The notes beneath the pieces are model-generated. The model did no database searches and had not been told where the DNA came from. It saw only the letters and a program-made list of their open reading frames with translations. A stretch of DNA of 16,264 nucleotides from an uncultured Spirochaetota bacterium (lineage in GTDB: Bacteria > Spirochaetota > B62-G9 > DRHN01): positions 1 through 16,264 of the forward strand of contig CAZOWM010000063.1 of the NCBI GenBank assembly GCA_964583615.1, in the 5' to 3' direction. Below are positions 9,424 through 16,264 of this stretch, one piece after another. The stretch's first letter is position 1. Each line of letters begins with the position of its first letter. Position numbers and translations under genes: made by a program.

Positions 9424-9460
9424 TATCTATTATGTCAAAAGCACGTGTAAGGGAGTACCA

Positions 9461-10384
9461 ATGAAACGTGTCAGCATCATTGGCAGTGGAAATGTGGGAG
9501 CAAATACAGCGTTCTTCTTGGTGGAGAAGGGAATTGCCGAAGTGACTCTCTTTGACACGAAACAGGGAATTCCGAAAGGGAACGCTTTGGATATTATGGA
9601 GGCGGCTCCCATCAGAACTTACCGCACCTCGGTAAGCGGTGCGGAAACCTTTGACGAGATCAGAGGGTCGGACGTTGTGGTGCTCGCAGCAGGGAGTGTA
9701 AGAAAACCAGGTATGCAGAGGGAGGACCTCTTCGAGGAAAACCTTCAGGTAATCAAACAGTGGGCAAAACCGGTTGGAAATTTAGCGCCGGAGAGCACGG
9801 TCGTTGTCCTGACCGAACCCGTAGACCTCCTCACCACCGTATTCGTAAGAGAATCCGGGATGAAGCGTGAGCAGGTGTTGGGTGTCGGAGGAATCCTTGA
9901 CTCCACGCGGCTCGTTTTCGCACTATCGCGTGACATGGGGGTCTCGCCCGAAAATGTTTCGGCGCTCGTGATCGGCCAGCACGGGAGTGAAATGATCGGC
10001 CTCGCCCAGTGTTCCTGCGTTTCTGGAATCCCGGTTCTGAACCTGATGCTTCCCGAACAGTTCGAGTCTTTGGTAAACGAAGTGAGAAATGCGGGAGACT
10101 TCATCGTGGAGATGGCCAAACGATCAACCGCATACTATGCTCCCTCGGCAGCTGCCGCAGAAGTCGCGGACGCAGTGTGCAGAAATACACGCAGGATCCT
10201 TTCCGTCTCACTGGTCTTAAAGGGTGAGTACGGCATCGAAGGTATCGCCATGAGTGTTCCGGCAGTGGTCGGCGAGCGGGGAGTATCGAGAATTTTTCTG
10301 CCTCGTCTCAGCGCAGCGCAGAAGATCCAGTTTTCACGGTCTGCGGAAAAAATGCTGGAAAAAATCGGGAAGGAATTTTCATGA
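9461..10384 (+). CDS. Divergent LDH/MDH-family NAD-dependent 2-hydroxyacid dehydrogenase. It is MDH-like (Arg at the specificity position) with an unusual Asn-to-Glu change in the NPxD loop.
   Basis: The start was moved to ATG 9461 (MKRVSIIGSGNVG…, with an AGGGA SD). Rossmann GSGNVG, an acidic residue closing beta-2 (TLFD), GSVRKPGMQRED (R102/R109-type specificity loop), GILDSTR (D168/R171), GQHGSE (H195) and AYYAP are all present. TEPVD replaces the canonical TNPVD. The stop overlaps the next start (ATGA). Confidence 0.8.
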   Translation: MKRVSIIGSGNVGANTAFFLVEKGIAEVTLFDTKQGIPKGNALDIMEAAPIRTYRTSVSGAETFDEIRGSDVVVLAAGSVRKPGMQREDLFEENLQVIKQWAKPVGNLAPESTVVVLTEPVDLLTTVFVRESGMKREQVLGVGGILDSTRLVFALSRDMGVSPENVSALVIGQHGSEMIGLAQCSCVSGIPVLNLMLPEQFESLVNEVRNAGDFIVEMAKRSTAYYAPSAAAAEVADAVCRNTRRILSVSLVLKGEYGIEGIAMSVPAVVGERGVSRIFLPRLSAAQKIQFSRSAEKMLEKIGKEFS

Positions 10385-11313
10385 GCACGGTCTCTGTAAT
10401 CGGAGCAGGCAATGTCGGTGCCACGACGGTATATTACATCGCGGAGAGAAATATTGCGGACATTGTCATGATCGACATTGTGGAGGGAATGCCGCAGAGT
10501 AAGGGCCTCGACTTTCTCCACTCCTCACCGCTCAGACAGTACAACGTGAGGATTTTCGGAACAAACAGCTACAAAGAGATCGCGGGATCTGACGTGGTCG
10601 TGTTCACAGCGGGAATCGCCCGGAAACCGGGGATGGATAGAATGGATCTTCTCAAGACGAACGCGCGCATCGCACATTCCGCAGCCCTGGAGATTGCCAG
10701 GTACGCTCCTGATGCGGTTGTCGTTGCCGTGACCAACCCGCTTGACGTCATCGCGATGGTTCTGCTGCGGGGAACGGGGTTCGATCCGAACAGGGTGCTC
10801 GGTATGGCCGGCGTTCTCGATTCGACACGATTTCGCTATTTTATCGCTGAGAAACTGAACGTCTGGCCGGGTGATGTAAGAGCCATGGTACTGGGCGGCC
10901 ACGGAGACAGTATGGTTCCTCTGAAACGATACACGTCTGTTGGAGGGATTCCGATTACGGAACTGCTCGACGAACACTCGATTGAACAGCTCATTGAGAG
11001 AACGAGAGCGGGGGGCGCGGAAATTGTAGGGTATCTGAAGACGGGAAGTGCATATTACGCACCTGCAGCTTCAGTGGCAAAGATGGTCGAATCGATCGTG
11101 AAGGACGAGAAACGGTTGATTCCCGCAGCTGCATACCTCCAGGGAGAGTACGGGTACTCAGATATATTCCTGGGTGTTCCCGTTCTACTCGGGAAAAATG
11201 GTGTGGAAAAAATCGTCGAGATCGAACTCTCGGAACAGGAGAAGAATGCTCTGGACAGGTCAGCCGAGGCGGTAAAGGCCGGCATCAGATCTCTTGATTC
11301 CTTATCGCTATAA
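10381..11313 (+). CDS. mdh: Malate dehydrogenase, canonical LDH-like NAD-MDH
   Basis: VIGAGNVGAT, TAGIARKPGMDRMDLL (Arg102, the MDH specificity residue), TNPLD, GVLDSTR, GGHGDSMVP and GSAYYAPA are all present. The ATG overlaps the upstream stop as ATGA. Confidence 0.9.
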   Translation: MSTVSVIGAGNVGATTVYYIAERNIADIVMIDIVEGMPQSKGLDFLHSSPLRQYNVRIFGTNSYKEIAGSDVVVFTAGIARKPGMDRMDLLKTNARIAHSAALEIARYAPDAVVVAVTNPLDVIAMVLLRGTGFDPNRVLGMAGVLDSTRFRYFIAEKLNVWPGDVRAMVLGGHGDSMVPLKRYTSVGGIPITELLDEHSIEQLIERTRAGGAEIVGYLKTGSAYYAPAASVAKMVESIVKDEKRLIPAAAYLQGEYGYSDIFLGVPVLLGKNGVEKIVEIELSEQEKNALDRSAEAVKAGIRSLDSLSL

Positions 11314-11370
11314 CGCCCCACACCAAAGCTCTGCCGAGTTACACCGGCTCGAGATTCCGCCTATCATCCA

Positions 11371-11383
11371 TTTACAGTGTAAA
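11371..11383. promoter_or_regulatory. 13-bp palindrome TTTACAgTGTAAA ~19 nt upstream of the M16 peptidase start. Candidate operator.
   Basis: Read directly: perfect 6-bp inverted arms around a single central nt. Confidence 0.3.
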
Positions 11384-11401
11384 CGAACACAGGAGCGGGA
11401 G

Positions 11402-12664
11402 ATGGCGAAAAAATTTATCATGGGAAACGGCACTGCAGTGCTTTACGACCACATACCGTCTTCTCGTTCCGTTTCGCTCGGATTCTGGTTGAACAACGGG
11501 TCGAGGGACGAAGAGGAAAACCAAAGAGGATTCTCTCACTTCACTGAACACATGCTTTTCAAGGGAACAGAAAGCAGAGACTACCGTACCATTGCACAGG
11601 AGATAGACAACATAGGTGGCGAAATCAATGGTGTTACCGGCAAGGAAAGCACATACTATTATGTGAATGTCGCCGCGGAGCATTTCGAGCGTGCGTTTGA
11701 TGTTCTGAGCGACATGTTTTTTTATTCCGCGTTTCCTGCACCGGAGTTTGAAAAAGAGCGGCGCATTATCCTCGAGGAAGGAGATATGATCCGTGACGAC
11801 CCGGAAGACTGGGTTTTCGAGCTTTTTGAAAAGGCGCTCTGGAGGGCCCATCCTCTTGGGCTGCCGGTTATCGGAGAAAAGGAGAACATCAGAAGTACTC
11901 GGCTCGAGGATCTGACCGGCTTCTATCACAGTCTGTACACATCTTCTTCCTTGATCATTTCGGTAGCGGGAAACATTTCAGAAAAGAGGCTTCTGAGGAG
12001 TATGGAAAACATACTGCCGAATGAAAAGGGTGCAGGTTGTTTCCGATTGCCGAGACGCAGACCAACGCCCGCGGCACGGTCCTTTTACAGGAACAGAAGG
12101 ATCAAGCAGGTTTATTTCGTGTGCGGAAGGGAAGGATTCGGATATAACAGCGAAGACCGTTTCAGCATGGAGCTTCTCAACATGATAATCGGAAGCAGCT
12201 TCAGTTCCCGTCTTTTCCAGAACATTCGAGAGAAGCGCGGCCTCTGCTATGCCATAGGATCAAGCACAACGAGTTACGGTGATACGGGAGAGTTCACCAT
12301 CAGTTTCTCGACGAGCAGAAAAAACCTGCACCAGGTTCTCGATGCTGTTGATCATGAACTGAGGCGTATAAAAACGGGAGATGTAAAAAAAGAGGAGCTG
12401 CAAGACGCAAAAGGAAGGTTCAGGGGGAATTACATTCTCGCAGAGGAAAACAACGAGTGGAAAATGGTCAGAATGGCGGTCCAGGAGTGTGTGTTCGGCA
12501 GAATCGTCCCCCGCGAGGAAACTCTCGACAGAATAGAACGGGTCACGATGACCGATGTAAACAGAGTCGCCTGTGCACTGTTGAACAGCAGCTCATTCAG
12601 TTCTGCATGTGTCGGACCGTGCAGAAACGCGCGATGGCTCAAGAACTATCATTTTTCCTTTTAA
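11402..12664 (+). CDS. M16-family (pitrilysin/insulinase-like) zinc metallopeptidase, M16B-type, ~420 aa
   Basis: Inverted zinc motif HFTEHMLFKGT (HxxEH) plus the downstream E-rich ligand region IGGEINGVTGKESTYYY. The start was moved to ATG 11402 (MAKKFIMGNG…), with the purine-rich acaGGAGcGGGAG immediately upstream. Confidence 0.85.
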   Translation: MAKKFIMGNGTAVLYDHIPSSRSVSLGFWLNNGSRDEEENQRGFSHFTEHMLFKGTESRDYRTIAQEIDNIGGEINGVTGKESTYYYVNVAAEHFERAFDVLSDMFFYSAFPAPEFEKERRIILEEGDMIRDDPEDWVFELFEKALWRAHPLGLPVIGEKENIRSTRLEDLTGFYHSLYTSSSLIISVAGNISEKRLLRSMENILPNEKGAGCFRLPRRRPTPAARSFYRNRRIKQVYFVCGREGFGYNSEDRFSMELLNMIIGSSFSSRLFQNIREKRGLCYAIGSSTTSYGDTGEFTISFSTSRKNLHQVLDAVDHELRRIKTGDVKKEELQDAKGRFRGNYILAEENNEWKMVRMAVQECVFGRIVPREETLDRIERVTMTDVNRVACALLNSSSFSSACVGPCRNARWLKNYHFSF

Positions 12665-12678
12665 GCAAAAATTTCATA

Positions 12679-12707
12679 TTACATCGAATCGGGTTTTCTG
12701 TTACAAT
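12679..12707 (+). promoter_or_regulatory. Putative promoter for the dut-rnj operon: -35 TTACAT, 17-nt spacer, -10 TACAAT
   Basis: TTACAT at 12679-12684 and TACAAT at 12702-12707, about 36 nt upstream of ATG 12744. Confidence 0.3.
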
Positions 12708-12743
12708 CAAATGGTATTTCACGAGTATCTACGGTCATCCGAT

Positions 12744-13187
12744 ATGAAGGTAAAAGTATATCGCTTGAACAAAAAGAATCCGGTTCCCGGTTACATGTCG
12801 TCGGGTGCGAGCGGAGTCGACCTCTACGCTTCTCTTCAGCAGGCTGTGGAGATACCGCAGGGAGGGACAGCGTGCATTCCAGCAGGGATCATTGTGTGCA
12901 TTCCGCAGGGGTACGAAGCACAAGTGAGGCCGCGCAGCGGGCTTGCGGCACGAAACGGCGTGACGGTATTGAACTCACCGGGAACGGTTGATTCCGACTA
13001 TAGAGGAGAGGTGAAGGTCGTGCTGGTTAATCACGGCTCTGAGAAATTCATCGTGCGAAGCGGCATGCGCATCGCACAAATGGTCTTTGCGAAAGTCGAG
13101 AAAGCGGATATCATAGAAACCTCGCACCAGGAATCGTTGGATCAGACTGAGAGGAACGGCGGCGGGTTTGGGCACACAGGAGTTTGA
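12744..13187 (+). CDS. dut: dUTP diphosphatase (dUTPase), 147 aa
   Basis: All five dUTPase motifs are present: SGASGVDLYA, IPAGIIV, RPRSGLAARNGV, GTVDSDYRGE and GGFGHTG. The start was moved to ATG 12744 (MKVKVYRL…), the typical Dut N-terminus. Confidence 0.9.
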   Translation: MKVKVYRLNKKNPVPGYMSSGASGVDLYASLQQAVEIPQGGTACIPAGIIVCIPQGYEAQVRPRSGLAARNGVTVLNSPGTVDSDYRGEVKVVLVNHGSEKFIVRSGMRIAQMVFAKVEKADIIETSHQESLDQTERNGGGFGHTGV

Positions 13188-13190
13188 GCT

Positions 13191-14852
13191 ATGGGAAAGG
13201 ACAACAGCATCCGGCTAATACCAATCGGGGGCCTTGGAGAGATCGGAAAGAACATGATGCTTCTCGAATATTGCGGAAAGATTATCATTATCGACGCAGG
13301 CATGATGTTTCCCGACGATCAGCTTCACGGAATCGATTTTATCATCCCTGACATATCCTATGTATTGGAGAACCGTGAAAAGGTGATCGCCGTTATTCTC
13401 ACTCACGGCCACGAAGATCATATCGGCGCGCTTCCCTACCTCCTGAAAGAGATAAACGTGCCGGTGTACGGCACCAAGCTGACACTCGGGTTCGCTAAGA
13501 ACAGACTCGAAGAGCACTCTTTTCTGCAGCAGCCGGAATTGAAGGAAATTCATCCCAGGCAGGTTGTTCAGTTTGGTGAGGTGAGCGCTGAGTTCTTCCG
13601 CGTGTGTCACAGTATTGCCGACGGTGTCGGGATCGCATTTTACACTCCCCAGGGGATTATCGTGCATTCAGGAGACTTCAAGGTGGACTTTACGCCGATA
13701 GACGGCAATTATCTCGATTTCCAAAAGCTTACGGAACTCGGTGAGAAGGGGATTCACGTATTGCTGTCAGACTCAACGAATGCGGAAAAGGAGGGGTACA
13801 CACCGTCGGAGAGCAAGCTGAGCGGAGCACTGCTTGAAACAATCGCAGGTGCGGAAGGGAGAGTTCTCGTTGCGACATTCGCGTCAAACATACACCGTAT
13901 CCAGCAGGTGTTCGACATCTGCCAGCGTGAGAATAAAAAGATCGCGATCCTCGGAATGAGCATGGAAAAAAACATCGCTATGGCCAAATCCCTCGGGTAC
14001 CTTGCATTTGATGAGAGTAGTATTATTTCTCCCGAGAAGGTAAACTCTTACAAGAGGAGCAGGGTGGTGGTACTTACGACAGGCTCCCAGGGAGAGCCTA
14101 TGTCGGCACTGTCACGCATCGCTCACAATCAGTTCAGATCTTTTGAAATAGAGAGAGGAGACACAGTTATCCTTTCCGCATCGATCATTCCGGGGAATGA
14201 GAAAACGGTTTCAAAAATCGTGAACTCGTTTTTCAAACGAGGCGCATCGGTTTTTTATGAAGGATTCGAAGATATGCATGTGTCGGGTCACGCCTCGAGG
14301 GAGGAGCTGAAGCTTCTTCTGGCCATGACCAGGCCGAAATATTTTATTCCGATTCACGGAGAGCTCCGGCATCTGATTCATCATTCCAATCTCGCAAAGC
14401 TCATGGGAGTCAAGGAGGGGAATATCATAATTGCTGAGGACGGGGACGTGATTGTGGTTGACGAAAGCGGAGTGAATATCACAGAAAATGTGCCTGCAGG
14501 CAATATCTATATAGACTGCAGAAACGACGGGGATATCAAAAACAGCGTGCTTCGAGACAGACAACGTCTTGCGAACAACGGAATCGTCATCGTAGTGGTG
14601 ACTGTGAGCGGTGCGGACAGGGGAATTTTCGAACCGGAGATCGTGGCACGGGGGTTTGTCTTTCCCCATAAGCCGGAGGTTTTTATCTCTCAGGTGAAAC
14701 TGTTCGTAATGAAAACCGTTCGGGACCTGATGCGAAAATACGGGAATACGCCCATCAACATGAAAATCGGCCTGGCAGAGGCGCTCCGAGCGTATTTCAA
14801 AAAGGAAATCGGCGCCGCTCCCGTGGTAGTCCCCGTGATTGTCGAAGTTTGA
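13191..14852 (+). CDS. rnj: Ribonuclease J (metallo-beta-lactamase/beta-CASP RNase), 553 aa
   Basis: N-terminus MGKDNSIRLIPIGGLGEIGKNMMLLEY, MBL motif THGHEDHIGALPYLL, beta-CASP region with GDFK/HVSGHASREEL, and typical length. The gene starts 3 nt after the dut stop. Confidence 0.9.
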   Translation: MGKDNSIRLIPIGGLGEIGKNMMLLEYCGKIIIIDAGMMFPDDQLHGIDFIIPDISYVLENREKVIAVILTHGHEDHIGALPYLLKEINVPVYGTKLTLGFAKNRLEEHSFLQQPELKEIHPRQVVQFGEVSAEFFRVCHSIADGVGIAFYTPQGIIVHSGDFKVDFTPIDGNYLDFQKLTELGEKGIHVLLSDSTNAEKEGYTPSESKLSGALLETIAGAEGRVLVATFASNIHRIQQVFDICQRENKKIAILGMSMEKNIAMAKSLGYLAFDESSIISPEKVNSYKRSRVVVLTTGSQGEPMSALSRIAHNQFRSFEIERGDTVILSASIIPGNEKTVSKIVNSFFKRGASVFYEGFEDMHVSGHASREELKLLLAMTRPKYFIPIHGELRHLIHHSNLAKLMGVKEGNIIIAEDGDVIVVDESGVNITENVPAGNIYIDCRNDGDIKNSVLRDRQRLANNGIVIVVVTVSGADRGIFEPEIVARGFVFPHKPEVFISQVKLFVMKTVRDLMRKYGNTPINMKIGLAEALRAYFKKEIGAAPVVVPVIVEV

Positions 14853-14863
14853 TGGAGGATTGA

Positions 14864-16264
14864 ATGAGTAAAGGAAAATGGAAAGAGGCACTGAGAGCCG
14901 ATCAGCTCTCAGAGGGAGTGCCTCTTGAGGCAAAGGTCGGAAAAAAAAATGTCCTTCTGATACGGTCCGGTGAAAGGATTTACGCTGTCGGAGCACGATG
15001 TCCGCACTATGGAGCATCTCTGGAAAATGGGCATTTTCGAAACAACATACTCACCTGTCCATGCCATCACTCGCGGTTCGATATTACCTCGGGCAAAGCG
15101 CTTTCGCCTCCCGCATTCGCAGATCTTCCGCTGTTCGAGACAAAGGAAAAACAGGGTCTTGTCTATGTGAGGGAAGTGAAGCAGGAAAAGGAAAAAGCCG
15201 TATCCTCCGCGAAGAAAAAGGTGTTCGTCATCGTCGGTTCCGGTGCCGCAGGATTCTCAGCAGCGGTCACCCTGAGGGATAACGGATTCGACGGGAGGGT
15301 TCTCATGCTCACAGAGGAAGCGGATCTCCCTTACGACCGTCCAATCCTCTCCAAAGAATTTCTCTCGGGAACCGCGGATGCGGAGTTGATTCCGCTGAAG
15401 ACAGAACAGTTCTATAAAGACCTTGAGATCGAGCTTTTACGAAACTACAAGGCTGTCTCTCTCAACACCAGGGAAAAGAAAATCACGCTCGCTCATGAGA
15501 CTGAGCTGCCCTATGATAAACTCCTCATTGCAACCGGAGGAATCCCTCGAACTCCGCCTATTCCCGGTACGGACTCAGCGCGATTTTTTTTACTCCGCAC
15601 ATGGTCTGATGCACGCATGATAGCTTCGGCTCTCGAAGACGCAAAACGAGTCGTCATTATTGGATCAGGGTTTATCGGGCTCGAAGCCGCGTCTGCCTGC
15701 GCACAGCGAGGATGCGAGGTGCACGTGATCTCCTCCTCAAGGACACCCATGATAGACCTGCTCGGAGAGAAGCTCGGCTTCAGGCTGCAGAAACTGCATG
15801 AAAAACACGGCGTGCGTTTTTCCCTCGGGGAAATTCCGGAAGAGATCGTCTCAGAAGGCAAAGAACAAAAAGTCGTGCTGTCATCGGAAGAGCATGTCTC
15901 AGGAGACATCGTTATTGCGGGCGTGGGAATTATTCCTTCTGTGGGTTTTCTCTCAGGCACCGGGCTGCTTAAGGAAGGTGCGGTTTCGGTCGATCATCTT
16001 TTACAGTCCGAAGATGATTGTGTCTATGCTGCGGGGGACGTTGCGCTCGTTTTGGATCCTGTAATGGGGAAACATCGCCGTATCGAGCACTGGGTGGAAG
16101 CCTGTCGGCAGGGCAAGTACGCAGCTCTGGCAATGCTCGACAGACGGCATAAGTACGAAGAAGTCCCGTTTTTCTGGACACGGCAGTATGATCTGGAAAT
16201 TCAGTACACCGGTTGGGTTCGCAGGAAGGGAAAGATCATATTCCGGGGGGGCGAGGATCAGGAA
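14864..16264 (+). CDS. Rieske [2Fe-2S] domain fused to an FAD/NAD(P)-dependent pyridine-nucleotide-disulfide oxidoreductase (AIF-like or ferredoxin-reductase-type). 3'-partial, running off the window. Absent from the supplied ORF track.
   Basis: My own translation of frame 2 from ATG 14864 (SD GGAGG 6 nt upstream, 11 nt after the rnj stop) is open to the window end (467 codons). N-terminal Rieske ligands CPHYGASL…CPCHHSRFD (CxH-X17-CxxH). They are followed by VFVIVGSGAAGFSAA (FAD GxGxxG), YDRPILSKEF, LIATGGIPRTPPIPG, VVIIGSGFIGLEAA (NAD GxGxxG), YAAGDVA and EHW, the standard ferredoxin-reductase/AIF fold. Confidence 0.85.
   Translation, partial: MSKGKWKEALRADQLSEGVPLEAKVGKKNVLLIRSGERIYAVGARCPHYGASLENGHFRNNILTCPCHHSRFDITSGKALSPPAFADLPLFETKEKQGLVYVREVKQEKEKAVSSAKKKVFVIVGSGAAGFSAAVTLRDNGFDGRVLMLTEEADLPYDRPILSKEFLSGTADAELIPLKTEQFYKDLEIELLRNYKAVSLNTREKKITLAHETELPYDKLLIATGGIPRTPPIPGTDSARFFLLRTWSDARMIASALEDAKRVVIIGSGFIGLEAASACAQRGCEVHVISSSRTPMIDLLGEKLGFRLQKLHEKHGVRFSLGEIPEEIVSEGKEQKVVLSSEEHVSGDIVIAGVGIIPSVGFLSGTGLLKEGAVSVDHLLQSEDDCVYAAGDVALVLDPVMGKHRRIEHWVEACRQGKYAALAMLDRRHKYEEVPFFWTRQYDLEIQYTGWVRRKGKIIFRGGEDQE

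Noticed and set aside
9245-9460. 72-codon N-terminal extension of the first MDH paralog (track ORF starts at 9245), overlapping the acnA start on the other strand
   Set aside because: The frame is open only by chance across the intergenic region. The LDH/MDH fold begins at MKRVSIIGSGNVG (ATG 9461), which has its own SD. The extension would also cover the promoter itself.
14211-15017. 268-aa minus-strand ORF overlapping the 3' end of rnj and the start of the Rieske-reductase gene
   Set aside because: It is antisense to two strongly supported genes. Its His/Phe/Arg-rich low-complexity composition is typical of a shadow ORF.

Overview
16.3-kb chromosomal window at roughly 50% GC, apparently from an anaerobic, possibly uncultivated bacterium, dominated by core-metabolism genes. 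On the plus strand: a 5'-truncated URO-D/MtaA-family gene, a small FHA-domain gene, then a co-directional block of two tandem LDH/MDH-family genes (ATGA-overlapped), an M16 peptidase, dUTPase, RNase J and a Rieske::FAD/NAD(P) oxidoreductase fusion that runs off the 3' edge and is absent from the ORF track. On the minus strand: aconitase A followed by a tiny acidic ORF, then a coiled-coil ORF, nifS, three-domain nifU and an SPFH/band-7 gene. Two gene relics sit in the window: an internal C25 (gingipain-like) peptidase fragment and a 5' MmgE/PrpD fragment beside acnA. I found no CRISPR array, rRNA/tRNA gene or mobile element. The points worth follow-up are the divergent MDH paralog coupled to a canonical mdh, the two relics, the two small low-complexity proteins flanking the nifSU and acnA operons, the off-track Rieske-reductase fusion, and a set of 6-1-6 palindromes at gene boundaries. 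All calls rest on motif recognition by eye; no database search was possible.
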